A program made the translations under genes and the position numbers. A stretch of DNA of 63,818 bases, filler included, from Octopus bimaculoides (lineage: Eukaryota): NCBI RefSeq assembly GCF_001194135.2. It is 5 parts of 5 records of this genome, joined end to end, with 100 filler letters (N's around TTAATTAATTAA, not from the genome) between each part and the next. Parts side by side here need not be neighbours in the genome. Positions count along the whole stretch, not along the records: positions 29,628 to 58,762 come from NC_068981.1; 4 more parts are not named here. The stretch is one strand, 5' to 3'. This document shows positions 38,429 to 51,013 of this stretch, piece by piece (the stretch's first letter is position 1; every line of letters starts with the position of its first letter). Under the pieces are notes generated by a model. It was not told where the DNA came from, searched no databases, and saw nothing but the letters and a program-made list of their open reading frames with translations.

Positions 38429-39610
38429 ATTACGGTTTTACTTTGAGTAAAGAAAAATGTGAAATTTTCTTACCGAAACTAAGATATTTAGGACAAATCA
38501 ATGACAGAAATGGACGTCGACCAGACCCATCGAGGGCAGACGCTATTAAAAATATGCCCCCTCCGACTAATATAAGTGACCTTGCAAACATTTTTAGGAC
38601 TGGCAAATTATTACCAAAAATATATTCCAAATATGCATAAGGTGAGGTTTCCACTGAATAATCTGCTGAAAAAAGATATGAAATGGAATTGGTTGGAAAA
38701 TTATCAAAACGCATTTGACGAAACAAAAAAATTAATTAATATCTGATTCGTTGTTAGCGCACTTCGATTCTGCAGTGGAGATTGTTGTAGCTTCAGACGC
38801 TTCTGAGTATGGTATAGGAGCAGTAATGCTACATAAATATAAAGATGGTAGCATGAAGGCGGTGGTTCATGCCTCACGTTCTCTGATAGCAGCAGAGAAA
38901 ACTTATAGTCAAATCGAAAAAGAGGCTCTGGTGATTATTTTTTCCGTGAAAAAATTTCACAGATTTTTACACGGTGGAAGTTTTCGTCTGCAAACTGATC
39001 ACCGTCCATTATTATCAATATTTGGGTCAAGAAAAGGAATTCCTACCCATACTGCTAATAGGTTACAACGCTGGGGTACGATATTACTAAACAATGATTT
39101 CAAGATGGAGTATATACCATTCAAGAAAGTAAGTCATGCGGACTGTCTATCAAACCTGATTTCGAAAAATGTGGAATCATTTGAAGATACCATGATTACT
39201 GCTTTGCGAGCGGAAAATGAAATTTAAAACGTTTTGTGAAACGTCATTCGTGAATGACAAGTTACTTTCCAAGACAAAATTGAAATCAGAAAAACATAAA
39301 TTTATTATAAAAATGAAAGAAATACTGAAGGATAAAAGAGATAAAAATATACGCAACACAAATGCGAACCATTTCTCACTGTGTGACAATGTTTGATGTA
39401 TGCACAAAGAGTCGTAGTGCCAGCCACACTGCAAAAGCGATTATCAAAGGAATTTCATATGCGTCACCCAGGGATTTCGAGAATGAAATCATTAATGAGA
39501 AGTTACGTATATTGGCCAACAATGGACCGTGACATTGAAGAATCGGTGAATTCATGCATGTGCCTTAGCTGCAAAATCACCTACCACTAAATGGCAACGT
39601 AGCCAAAAAC

Positions 39611-40790
39611 ATGTTCTATGGGCCAGACGGCACTCAAGAGACCTCGTTCGGGCATAATATTCTGAGTGATTCACGGCAACACAATCGAGAGGGTTGTCTA
39701 TTTTTCATAAATGGGAAAGAATGGACCAGGACGGCTATAGGGTATGCCTTCAGCCCTGGCGTGGTGTGTGCGGGTAGCAATGGAGGAAGATTGTTTTATG
39801 GTACTATAAGGGAAAGAGCTCAGATGTTCAAGATAGCGGCGCTTAAAATCAATCGTGTCACCAATGTAAACCCTGGCGAAGTGGGTCCGTGGGGTGGTGA
39901 CGTTACATTTATACACAGCACTATAGCGCAAGCAATTGTCCATCGAAGGGTAATTAGTAGTGTCCGAAGGGTAATTAGTAGTGTCCGAAGGGCAATTAGT
40001 AGTAATTGTTAAAGCTATGGGTAGCCTGGTCAAGGATCTTACTATTACTATTAATACAGTTATAGGGTATATCTGGGCGAGAATTCTCAGAGTTCCTGAG
40101 TTGACATCCGCGCTTACGTCTATTCGAAGTTGCAATAATTAACTCCATGTCTGGTGTGGTGGAAATAGGAGAGTTTTATAGTAGATTCATTAAAGATGAA
40201 GTGGTAATTATGTTGGGATAGGAAGTTGGAATTGAGGACGTTAGATAATAGTTTAGGAAGAAATTTAATTTGCAAAGAAAACGAATGTGAGAACCATAAA
40301 ACCTCTCGTTTTCTACTTTTTGTATTGTGAGTGCCAGGCGTAGGGTTAATTAGCGTGAGGCAACCGTGGTTTATGCCTTCTCTGGTTCGGTTGAGCAACA
40401 GAGGAGGAACTCTAACAGCAACAGTGGACTATATGGTGTTCATATAATCCACTACTAACAGAGGTAGTGGACTATATGGTGTTAGAGTTAGAAATAGAGT
40501 TAAGTTTAGAAGGAGCACTATCATTATGAGGGGTTGATAGTTCTAATTTGATCTTCATTATAGTGTTGGGGCTATAGGAAACTTAGGAATATCTGCCATG
40601 AGGAGGGCCTTGTTGTAGTAGGGAGCATGACTGTTAAAAAATGTTTTCATTAGCAGTGAAGTTGCAGATTCTAATGGAAATGCTTTTGATAATGCTATTT
40701 AAAATGGATTTTGGGAGATTATATTAGCGTCCAATCTGCAATATATTAATATTTTCAAGCATTTTCCTGTTAGCGTAGACCTTTAATTCA
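39611..40790 (-). mobile_element. Penelope-like element, 5'-truncated (RT thumb, linker, GIY-YIG)
   Basis: NLPKSILNSIIKSISIRICNFTANENIFNSHAPYYNKAL; RKREVLWFSHSFS...IFNESTIKLSY; DNCLRYSAVYKCNV...RVYIGDTIDFKRRYLEHLSSF. Confidence 0.88.
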
Positions 40791-40849
40791 CTGGCTAAAA
40801 ATAGTTTTGAAATATATATCTTTTCTAAAACTACACGAAGCAAGCAACA

Positions 40850-40895
40850 TGACTTCAGAAGATGGTCCCAACTAGGACTGAAACCGGTCAAGTTA
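40850..40895 (+). ncRNA. Minimal type I hammerhead ribozyme motif (Penelope type), one core mismatch
   Basis: Stem I tgactt / CAGAAGA-T / stem II ggtcc-caacta-ggact / GAAA-C-CG-G-TC / stem I' aagtta. Canonical CUGANGA has U4 changed to A. Confidence 0.7.
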
Positions 40896-42653
40896 GTTCC
40901 ATTTTTTTCTTACTGCATAAAAATGAGTTGGCTGATGATATTATTTAATCAATTCCGCATTACTTTCGTCAGCATATTTGTTCTGTTGATAAGTATTAAG
41001 TCAACATTTTCTTTACTTGAATACAAACTTCTTATGACTCACTCCCTCGTTTGACAAGACATCATTTTGACTAGTTAAGGCTAAAATTCCTAATTTAGCC
41101 ACGACTCCAAAATCCAACTATATTATCAACTACAACAATGTTTGAGTTGGAACTTCTGCTAGTTCGTTTTGTCACCACCTCCTCCCCTATCTTTCTCACT
41201 TATTCACACACACACACAAACACACGCACAATGACTCAAGCATAGAGCACTTACATTCAGAACACACCGAGTTTAGTCCTCTATTTCCAAAAATATTGAG
41301 GTCTAATTCTTTTGTTGTTACATACGGGGTTTGTCCACACACACATACAAACATACATACATAATTGAGAGTGCAGTAATCTACAAATGAGAAAGAATTG
41401 GATGTCAAAAACAAAGTATTGTAGAAGTGTGTGTGTGTGTGACTACACTTTCATAAATATCCCCCATCATCTGGCGTTGACTGAGGTTTACGACTGATAT
41501 ATAGCAATATACATCAGCAGTGTGACTGTTAGTTTACAAGTTCCTAAACTTCTTGAGATAACTAAACAAATTGATATTTATTACTCTGCTAATGCGGTGT
41601 GATTATTCCTTCTTCAGTTCCTCATACTTACGTTTATGCGCGTGTATACAGAAACGCATACACACTAAGATGTAAGACATTACATTATACAATGTGTTTA
41701 CAGTTTTCAAAACAACGGAGGTAATCTGCAGGAAATCTGTCGTCTGTTATTTCTAGAAGGTCGCACGGCCATGTAGATTTTCACCTGTTGACTTGTTGAA
41801 GAAGTTACGTTGTATTTCACAAGACAGAAATTATATAGTCGTTTCTATGGTTAGGTAAAGCAAATACATTGACAGTAAAGGGCTTGATGATTTATGTCTA
41901 TTTTATTCATGCTTGAAACTTAACACTTTTAACAGCTGCTGCTCAATATTATCACTGTTTTGTTTTTGTGTTTTTAAATTAATGTATGTGATTTAAATAA
42001 TGTCTAAACATTATTGTCGACGAGCCAATGTGGGCGCCTTTACATGTTCGTTCGCCTTGCTAAACATTACATATCGTCGCCTTGAAAAAATTAAAAAAAG
42101 ACACATTAGATCCAATATATCTGAGGGGAAAAAAGAAAAGAAGAGAAAAGGGGATGCACTGCTGTAAGACTTTTGATTACGACAGCAAAGCAACAATGGA
42201 GATTTTATGTGGTCGCTTAACGTTTCCAGAAATAGCCACATTGTCTTAAGAAATAATTAATTCCTAGATACTCTATGTCAGAATGAAAATGTGATAGTCA
42301 CGGCTGGAACAACTTGTTCATTGGAGTGTTCGATCAGAGCTGATACAGGACTAGAAAATAACAACATTATGGACAAAAGAAAGAGAGAGAGAAAAAAACA
42401 AAAAATACCGATACGAATATTCGTGAAATTGCGAACATGTTCCTTAATCCGTTTCAGTTTACTGCGTTTAAACCAATTCACTTCTAGGGAAGACAAACAT
42501 CCCTAAATCTCTCCCCTTCTTGGTCAAAAGAAAAATGTCAACCTGCTGGATTCAGGTCATATACTACAACAATAAAAAAGAAAGGCTCTCTGGATAATTG
42601 TTTCAAGTTTTGGCAGAAGGCCAGCAATTATAAAGGAAGGAGGTTATCGATTA

Positions 42654-44275
42654 TGTAGGTACATTACCCCACTTGACAGCGAGTAAACAAGCTGGCTATA
42701 TAAATACAGAGGGCGTTACACAACATTAAGGTTCAGACACGTGACCTCATGAGTTCCTCTATTCTGCATGGACATGCAAGCTATAAGGACGCAACTTGAC
42801 TGGCTCTATCTTATGCCGCAGGCCAGCTTGCAAACAGGAGCATAGCACAGAAGACCATGGCCTTACACACCAACCATTTTGTTTATCATTCCATTGTGTA
42901 TATATGTGTGGCCACGATAAACGTGTTTAAAGTTACAACCTTGCCTGTATATGTTTTTCATCCGGGTTTACTTATCAGCGAGAGTACAACCTTCTGAGAG
43001 TCATATTAGGTGGCTCAACAATGACGAACAGACACCATCTAAAATAGTGACCCGACGTGAACATAGACTTCTAAAATGGTAACCCAACGTGGGAAATGAA
43101 CATATTCATCTAAAATGATGAACACCGGGCGAATACAGACCAGTGAATACGTATTCCCTTTTCTCTTTCGCGACTTTGGCTACGCAACCAAATCGCCACT
43201 CGTCATATAGGAACATACTATCACTGGAAAATTTTGGCGCCATTTTCAAGCGGGAAACTTCAAATCTTTTTTCCTCGGATTGTAACCGAAAATACAACTT
43301 GGTCATTTGAAGACACAGCGTCTCAGAGAATTTTCTTCTTGCTTATAAAAAAGAGGGGCAAAAAATTATCCGGAATTTTCTCCAGAATTCACATGGACAG
43401 AAAATTTTCCTACATGCCAGGTATGAGTTTCTTTCTCTCAACCACCCGGATTATCCACGCGTTGGCCGTAATTTGTTCCTTATCAACTAGCAAGAATTTC
43501 TTCTATTTTCATCCTCTGTTATTGAAAAAAAAAAAAAAAAAATCCTAGTTCGCGGCTCGTCGTGTCTTCTTTCAACTAGGGTGTTTTGACTGCCATTTCT
43601 AATGGCGTTTATTCAGTCAGTTGCCGTTCTGTTTTCCTATTATTGTCCTCCCTTCAAGCTTCTGTTTCTTCTGCACCGGTTGACATGCAATCCTCTGAAA
43701 TCTTGCGGGCTATCACAGAACTGACCCGTCAGGTTTCATGCATGTGTAGGAACCATTCGTCTTCAAGGGCTCATTCCGCAGGAAGGACAAAGCACCGTTC
43801 CTTCTCGCGCACACGCGCACTTCATGCTCCCTCAGTCTGCTGGTACCACAGGAAGTTCAAGGACCAGGCCGAGAAACGTACACAGCCCTGCCCTTACTCT
43901 TTTCAGGGAAACTAGGCTGGGAGACATTGGGCATGTCAGTCGTCTCCCTCATCGATTCACCCTATCGTACTTTCTTTACCAGAGATACCAATTCTTCAAA
44001 GTCTTTTATGGTGGATACGGGTACGAGCTTAAGTATTTGGCCTCGACAATTTACCTCCACCAATCCTGGTCTTTCGGATATCTCTCTCTACGCGGTGAAT
44101 CACTCCGCCATCAAGACCTATGGACAAATATCCCTCACTCTGGATTTGTCACTCCGTAGGGATTTCAAGTTGATCTTTGTCATTGCAGACCTGCCCCATC
44201 CTATTCTTGTGCTGATTTCTTGCACCTCTATTTTCTCATTGAGAGTACGGCTCTCGACTGAGTCCATGATTTAAG
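42654..44275 (+). mobile_element. CsRn1-like Gypsy 5' half: LTR, PBS, gag, protease (truncated)
   Basis: LTR starts TGTAGG (42654). PBS tagtgacccgacgtg (43045) resembles the tRNA-Trp PBS TGGTGACCCCGACGTG. gag end CWYHRKF..A..PC; protease SFMVDTGTSLS...LDLSLRRDF...ADLPHPIL. Confidence 0.85.
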
Positions 44276-44725
44276 ATCGTACCGCCTTCTTCCTTCAACA
44301 AGAAAAAGAAGGCATCGTTCTTTTTGCGTAGTAGCCATACTGAAAGAAACGGTATGGACGACGCGAGCGAAAGGGATTGGGACTGGTCACTTCATCTCCG
44401 GACACGGGTTGGTTAGTTATTTCAACTTCCACCTGTCGCGAAAGATCCGTCTGGAGAAAAGGTGTCTGACGCAAAGTACGTTCGGGAAAAGATGGATGTC
44501 TGTAGTAAGGAAGTTGAGAATGGATGGCCGTGCTAGCATAGCCGATCAAGGCGAAAAGAAGGAAAAAAAAGGAAAAAAACCAAAGGAGAAAATAAAAAAC
44601 CGGCGGATTAACCATAAAAATAACACGGAACATTATTTTATAATTTTTTAATTGTTTATAATTTTATTTCATCCTTTTATCCGATTTTTTCGATTTTTTC
44701 CATTTAATTGCAACCAAAACCATTT

Positions 44726-45604
44726 TGTAAGAATGTAAGTGTTCGTCCCTTGCAGTGTCCTCTCTATGTATACCTTTTATAGCTAAATAAAGAAATTGTT
44801 TGGTCCCAGACCTTTTAAGGTCTAGCCACTGACCACACAAGACACAGCCAGTTCCAGCAACAACGCCAGACGCCCAGGTTCAACACAGCACTGTTCGTGA
44901 ATTACTTCACCCTGGATCAATAGCAAATATACAACCTGTGAGCCAGACGACAACACTCGTCCAACAGCATTACGGCAATCTCTTTCTTCGTCGCCATCAT
45001 CGTCGTCAATATCATCTCTATACGAACACAGCAACTCGCACAAGTTTTAACATAGCACTGTTCGTGAATTACTTCACCATGGTTAACAGCGAATATACAA
45101 CCTGCGAGAACTCCTGTACCAAGTGACCCAGGCAGCAGCATCACAGCCACAACTTCACGTACGACATGTACCTCAACCGGCTCTGCATTACAGCCACAAC
45201 TCCACGTACGACATGTACCTCAACCGGCTCTGCATCGCAGCCACAACTTCATGTACAACGTACCTCAACCGGCTCTGCATCATCGCCGCAACTTCTTGAT
45301 ACAGCATTTCAACTATCGTGTACAATTGACTACAAACTGGCATTTCTCATTCTTGTGTCTATGAACATTCTTCTAACTTCTCATTATAGACTCTTTCAAT
45401 GCTCTGTACTTGACGCACATACAATCACACATGTTAACATATCAATATTCTGTATACATGACGCACACACCGTCACACATGTTAACATATCAATAAATCT
45501 TCTCTTAAACATTCTATCCGGTTGTGTCTCTCCTTTTTTCCCTCTGGCACATATACGCATTTATTCTTTTTTATATTTATTGTATCGACCGTATGAAGTA
45601 CTAC
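44726..45604 (+). mobile_element. LTR-like unit (family L2) with internal tandem expansions; 5' boundary uncertain
   Basis: Homologous to the reverse complement of 56586-56945 (cagacc..aaggtcta.ccactgaccacac..cagccagttccagc). AATAAA near 45492; ends ...CTACA. No TSD found. Confidence 0.6.
45144..45295. repeat. 47-bp tandem repeat x3.2
   Basis: cagccacaact(t/c)cacgtacgacatgtacctcaaccggctctgcat.. units start at 45144, 45191 and 45238. Confidence 0.9.
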
Positions 45605-47260
45605 AGGAGCCATTCTCGTCATTTCACTTCGCACAGTCGTTACAGGTATCATTCTCACCAATAGTGCATAATCTGAGTGTCTTTTGAAATCTGGTAGTAT
45701 TTCTTTGTCTTCAAACAACACTTCATTATCTTCATTTTCCTTCAAATACACTATTGTTCAGTTAGGGTTTTTGTTGATGTTTCAAACAACCGGGAAAGCT
45801 CCTCTTCGTGCGTTTTATGCTCCTTTAGTTTGAGTTCGTATTTTGCTTTTGTGTCTTTTCCCACTTTCCGATATGCGTGACAGTTTGTTATCTTCTCCAC
45901 AATTTCTGTGTCACTTCCATTGCCACTCCCACACAGTAGATGCTGGTATTGTGAGTGAGTGTGTAGCTGGAATGTCACTGAAGTATCACGTCACGTCATG
46001 TCACATAGGGATTTTTTCCCTATGAAGAATGTAGACTTTTGGTAATGATTCTGTTACTTGAGATTTAGTTCGGGTCGGAGCTCCAAGTAGATCAAAACTG
46101 TGACGAACTTATAAGCAAATGGACTAGTTTTATCCAGAAATGGGCTGGGAAGGAACTATCCTTGAAAGGTCGAGCATTGGCGGAGGGCGCTTGACACCTG
46201 TTATATTACTGCTTGATTGTTGTACCCTGCTCTGTTTATCGTCTGGCCAGTCTAGAGCGTCTGTCTTTCGCTTCTTGTAGAAGGAATGTGTTCCGCTTGT
46301 CGCGTGGTGCTCTAAACTGGGGGCACAGTATATCGTAGATGCTAATGCATAGACATGCACTGAGGCAGTGGCATCTACAAAGATTTTTGTCAAACACGTC
46401 TTCTCACAGCTCATTTCTTTAACAGAACTGCAGTCCGAAGTCAAATGAAAAGCAAGAGAGGGCGTCTGGCATCTGAAATATTATCAGGTGCTTACAGACC
46501 TCCACCAGTTCGGCAATGCTATTAGTGGAACCTCAATGTCGTTCTACTGAGGACTAATGGTGAGAAAGCTTGACAACGTTCTCATGGAAACTCAAGGCAT
46601 TGACGAGTCAACGAGTAATAACTGGCTGACCTATTCCATAGAATTTCCAGAAATTCTTGTCCTGCTTGTGCTACCGGGGGTCCTTCGTGGTTCGAGAGAA
46701 ACTCTTCAAGAACGGAAATGCCATCAGCTGGATCTGTACAAGATGCGTGTACAAACTGTTCTCTACGAATTCGATCAGTGTCTAAGCATTACTGACATGT
46801 GGAATACTGTCGAATAGTTGTTGTCGCGAATAGAACGGATCCGGCTTTCAACCGAATCAACGGCAAAAATTGCCTATCCGCCTTTGTTTGGTCGAGCAGG
46901 GCAGGCAATTTTTGACTGTCTAGTGGCAATGGCGAAAGACGTTGTGTGATTGTGGTGACTGAAAAAGACGACAGAGACTTAGTCTTAGGCCAAGCTCTCA
47001 TCAACTTTTTAAGTTTCGCATGTAAAGGAAGGAGAGGATTGAGAGGAAGATGTTGCTAACCCCAGTAAATTCTTTGAAAGATGAGCGAACGTAGTGAAAA
47101 TGGCACGTGTGAAAAGGCCTACTCTGAGCGTGCATCTATAGGCCAAGGAACAAAATGTGAAAGATAGCGTTTGCTTTCGTAGTCAAGATCATCGAGTTTT
47201 TGTGAGGTTTCTTTAATTGACCCGAAGCAACTATCCCACTTATTGTGGAATTTTGTTTAT
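45605..47260 (-). pseudogene. Unidentified decayed reading frame(s) in a GC-elevated block
   Basis: Long minus-strand frame with scattered stops (KFHNKWDSCFGS...PLHAKLKKLMRAWP...EFLEILWNRSASYY). No family motif recognised. Confidence 0.3.
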
Positions 47261-47467
47261 TGTTTTGTAATCACTTTTCCTTCTTGTTTAGGGGTCTGAT
47301 GCTGTCTGACGCTATTCACCTCTCTTTTATTTTTTTCGCTTAGAAGGTCACGTTGGCCAGTAAAGTCCTTGATATATATAAAGATAGGATGGTCAAAACT
47401 GGACCAACTTTTACCATAAGCATGCTCAATAAAGGCCGATCTGATGGTAAACAAAATCGACAACAAT

Positions 47468-47505
47468 AACTACTACTACTACTGCTACTACGACTACTAC
47501 TGCTA

Positions 47506-47541
<36 letters not shown>

Positions 47542-47547
47542 GTGGTT

Positions 47548-47590
<43 letters not shown>

Positions 47591-47612
47591 CAGCAGCAGC
47601 AGCAGCAGCAGC
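47468..47612. repeat. Compound trinucleotide array (CTA)n(CTG)n(GTG)n(GTA)n(GCA)n
   Basis: Read directly. Confidence 0.95.
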
Positions 47613-49077
47613 TAGCAAGCTATAGCGACAAGTGAATAAGTTCAAGGTTTCTGTTTTGAAACTTTAACAACGGCACAGACTTTATCTTATGGGCTCAGTA
47701 CGTTTATTTAGTCAATATGTATATATATTTAGTCAATAACTATAGTTATCAGGATTATTTTTCAACGAATTTTCTGAAGCATCCAAAATTGTAAAACAAT
47801 TGTTCTCTGAAAAAGGTTTTATATTTTTGAATGCAGTTATTATTTCATTGTTTCGCTATGTTTCACAGTTATTTGCATGAATTCTACCACAGAAACCGGA
47901 CAAAAGAATTTCCCATCCTATATCCACCCATAACTGGTACTGCTAACTTCAGTATAATGGTCAGAAATTATTAGTAACTTCCTGCACTCTTTCACCCCGC
48001 ATGGCGGTCAAATGTCTTGGTTATTTGTGATTATAATTGGTGCAAGTTAATAGCAGAGCCTCCCTACTGAATAATAACAACAACAAGGGCTTAGTTTATA
48101 GTATATCGTACTTCGTTACCGAAGTTCAGACAATTCTAGCTGTTCAAAAACAAATTGCTTAGATTAATTACTCTTGTTTCTTTAGTTCATCAAGTTGTAG
48201 ATACGTAACATGAATTGGCTAGAATTCTCCAGTATAAAAGCGAGAACACTATATAATTATTGATTCTTGAAATGCTGAAGTCATAGTCCCTGCTTTTCCA
48301 TTTATGGTTAGTTCTGGGGAAGTACAGGTGAGAAGAAGCTGCTTTGGTATTCAGTTTCAGACGAGAAGCTCTAATCATTTCAACCAGCGTTTGTTATTGA
48401 ATCTAGATTCTAGTTCTGACTGCCAGCTACGTATGGTGATAGCTGATGTTCAATAGTTCGTCTAACGATACCTGCTAGTTTGTAACAGATCACTTTCCGG
48501 ATAGGATCTCAGAATTTTTGTCTCAAATCGAATCCACGTTTCACTAATATTATCTTGTGTAATAAAAGGGAGTTTGTGTGTGTGTGTGTGTGCGTGTGTG
48601 TTCCTTATGGATTCAAAAACTGAGTTGCTGATTTTGACGTATGAGGTATCGAAAAGTTCAGTAATCTTTTGGCTACAAGACAAAGTATGTTTTTGCACAA
48701 TTGTTTTTTACTACAAAAATAACCTCGAAAACGAGGTCGGGTCACATTATTTTGAGGTCTTTAGCTAAGGGAGGCAACCCTGTCTGAATAATTTCTATAT
48801 CTTAGAGTATAGTGAGAAAATGTTTAAAATACATGGAGTTTTACCAGGGAATGAAACTTCGAAGATATACCATCAACTTTATTATTTAGTTGATAATCTT
48901 TTAACGTGAAGTATGTTTGTCTGAGTTTTGTTTAACACAAAGCTGCTTCTGATATAGCAGACCCATAGCATACTTTTTTTTCTTCTTCCTGAAATACTGT
49001 AAATCTGTCTTTTGATGAAAGAGTGTGTTTTAAGAGAGATTTGGCTGCTTTTTGTAGTATGTCAAGTTATCACAGAG

Positions 49078-49188
<111 letters not shown>

Positions 49189-49809
49189 TTATGTTGTGGC
49201 GAAAATGTACTTTTTTTCACAATAATTTTTAAAGAAAGCTGAACATTTTTCTTACTGCTAAACCATTCAACTTCAAGTTACAATTGTTAACTGTTCGAAG
49301 TCAAGTAGACTGAGATGTACATATAGCGTTATCATATAGAGTGGAAGTTCAATACGAAGTTTTGAACTCATTGTCTCGTAGTTAGTAATCCATTACCTTA
49401 AATTTGAAGCCATTAAGTCTTTAAACATTATTTTACTGGGTTTAGTCTTTCGACTGTCGCCATGATGGGATATCACCTTCAAAAATCTAATTGATCATAC
49501 TGACCTCAGTATGTATTTCAATCTGGCATTTATTTTATAGATCTCTACTTGATGAACTTTGAGGTAAACACATACACAAACAAATTAGGTGCAAGAATGA
49601 CTGTGGTTGTGAAGTTTGCTTCCCAACCGCATGGTTTCACGTTCAGTCCCTCAGCATGGTACCTTGGGCAAGTGTTTTGTGCTATATCCCTAGGAAAATG
49701 GCCGAAAAATATGTTTATAAGGAAGAGTTGCTTGCTTCATATTCCTCGTGTGCCGATTCTTCCCATAAGAAAGGAACAAATAATACAATGCGGTTGAAGG
49801 TCATAACAC

Positions 49810-49835
49810 CCGGCAACGCCGGAGTGCATTGTTAG
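49810..49835 (+). mobile_element. Possible degenerate Helitron 3' end
   Basis: Hairpin ccggc-aac-gccgg is similar to 312-330, but is followed by TTAG rather than CTAG|T. Confidence 0.4.
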
Positions 49836-51013
49836 CATTTGAAAATCCTTGCAGCTAGCATGCTTGCTGGCTTATATTCCAGCCATTCACTTTAGATAGC
49901 TGATATAAGCGATATAGGTACAGGTTTTAAAAAAGTCATCTAGTTTAAGTGTCTAAATCCTGAGAGAACCTTATGGAAATTTAATGTATGGCTATCTAAA
50001 TCTCGCATTTTCGAATCGCACGGGAGTAATCTTGTTTGCCGTTAAACTCTGTGTTACCCGTGATGCATAATATGACATCTCATTTTTCTCTTTTTGATCA
50101 GATATGCTCACAGGCATTCTAGTCATGACCACCCATATAGTCTATTTTGGCCAGCATTTTCCAATGCCCTTTTAAAAGATGGTTGGGTGTAGTGACAGCT
50201 TGTAGATAAAATTAGTTGGGGTGCTGCTTCAGGAATTTTTTTAGCTGTTGTTTTAATATTGTGTAAAAAGAAACAAATATATAAGAAGAAAATTTCTACA
50301 TAAATTTGAACGGTTCGCGTTTTAGCCACTGCCGGGTAGTTTGTTTAATTTGTTCACTGAATACCCCGCGAATTCCCCCTTGCTTTTCAAAAATCCTCCC
50401 TAAATCACAAGATAAGGGGAAAAAGCTGCCCTATTTTTCAAATCCTGGTAGCAACCCGTAGCTGGAAGCAGTATAATCTAATTCTACACTTTATCACATT
50501 CAAGAATATAAGCACGGTTTTAAGCACAACATACGCGAAGTGAAAAAGACACACTACCTTTCATCAGCACACCAGAGTCGGCACTATTGTGCCATGTAAG
50601 CACTAAAATAACGCAATGCAGAGTTGTTGTTTGTCTATTCAACTGCCGTTCTATACAATGATTTTTGTATTTTTTTCATAAACTAGGGAATGGCTATTGA
50701 CATTAAGCTTCAGGATTATTTAATATACAAGTATAAAGAAAAAATTAAAGAAAAAAGACTCATTATATTGAATGTTATCGAGTGGAAATAGGTGGTGCTG
50801 CAGTTCTACAGTGCCTACACATGAGCCGCCACTGGTTGGGTGAAATGTGAAGGCTTCATATCACATACTACCATCTTTATAACTGGACAGACACATAAGT
50901 TAATGTAATTGTAGGAAGAATATTCAGTATTGACCTGAGTGTCACGATTCGCTGGAATGTTGCTCACATGATCAGTGAATCTGACCAATCGCAATTTTGC
51001 CTGGAATGAATAT

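Larger units (their letters stand above)
34611..39610 (+). mobile_element. Defective Ty3/Gypsy element (PBS, gag, PR, RT, RNase H, start of integrase)
   Basis: PBS-like TGGCGACGAG (34611); Gln-rich gag from ATG 34694; ILTKLEQD; knuckle CYKFGKRGHKMSYC; PR FHLDTD; RT FSKLDL-AYLQI, RLPFG, YLDDIL; RH DASEYGIGAV, YSQIEKEAL, QTDHRPL; INT HPGISRMKSLMRSYVYWP. Confidence 0.9.

Noticed and set aside
45144-45295. CRISPR-like regular repeats (also 16285-16470, 51171-51216)
   Set aside because: Head-to-tail tandem units with no unique spacers, in a eukaryotic TE context.
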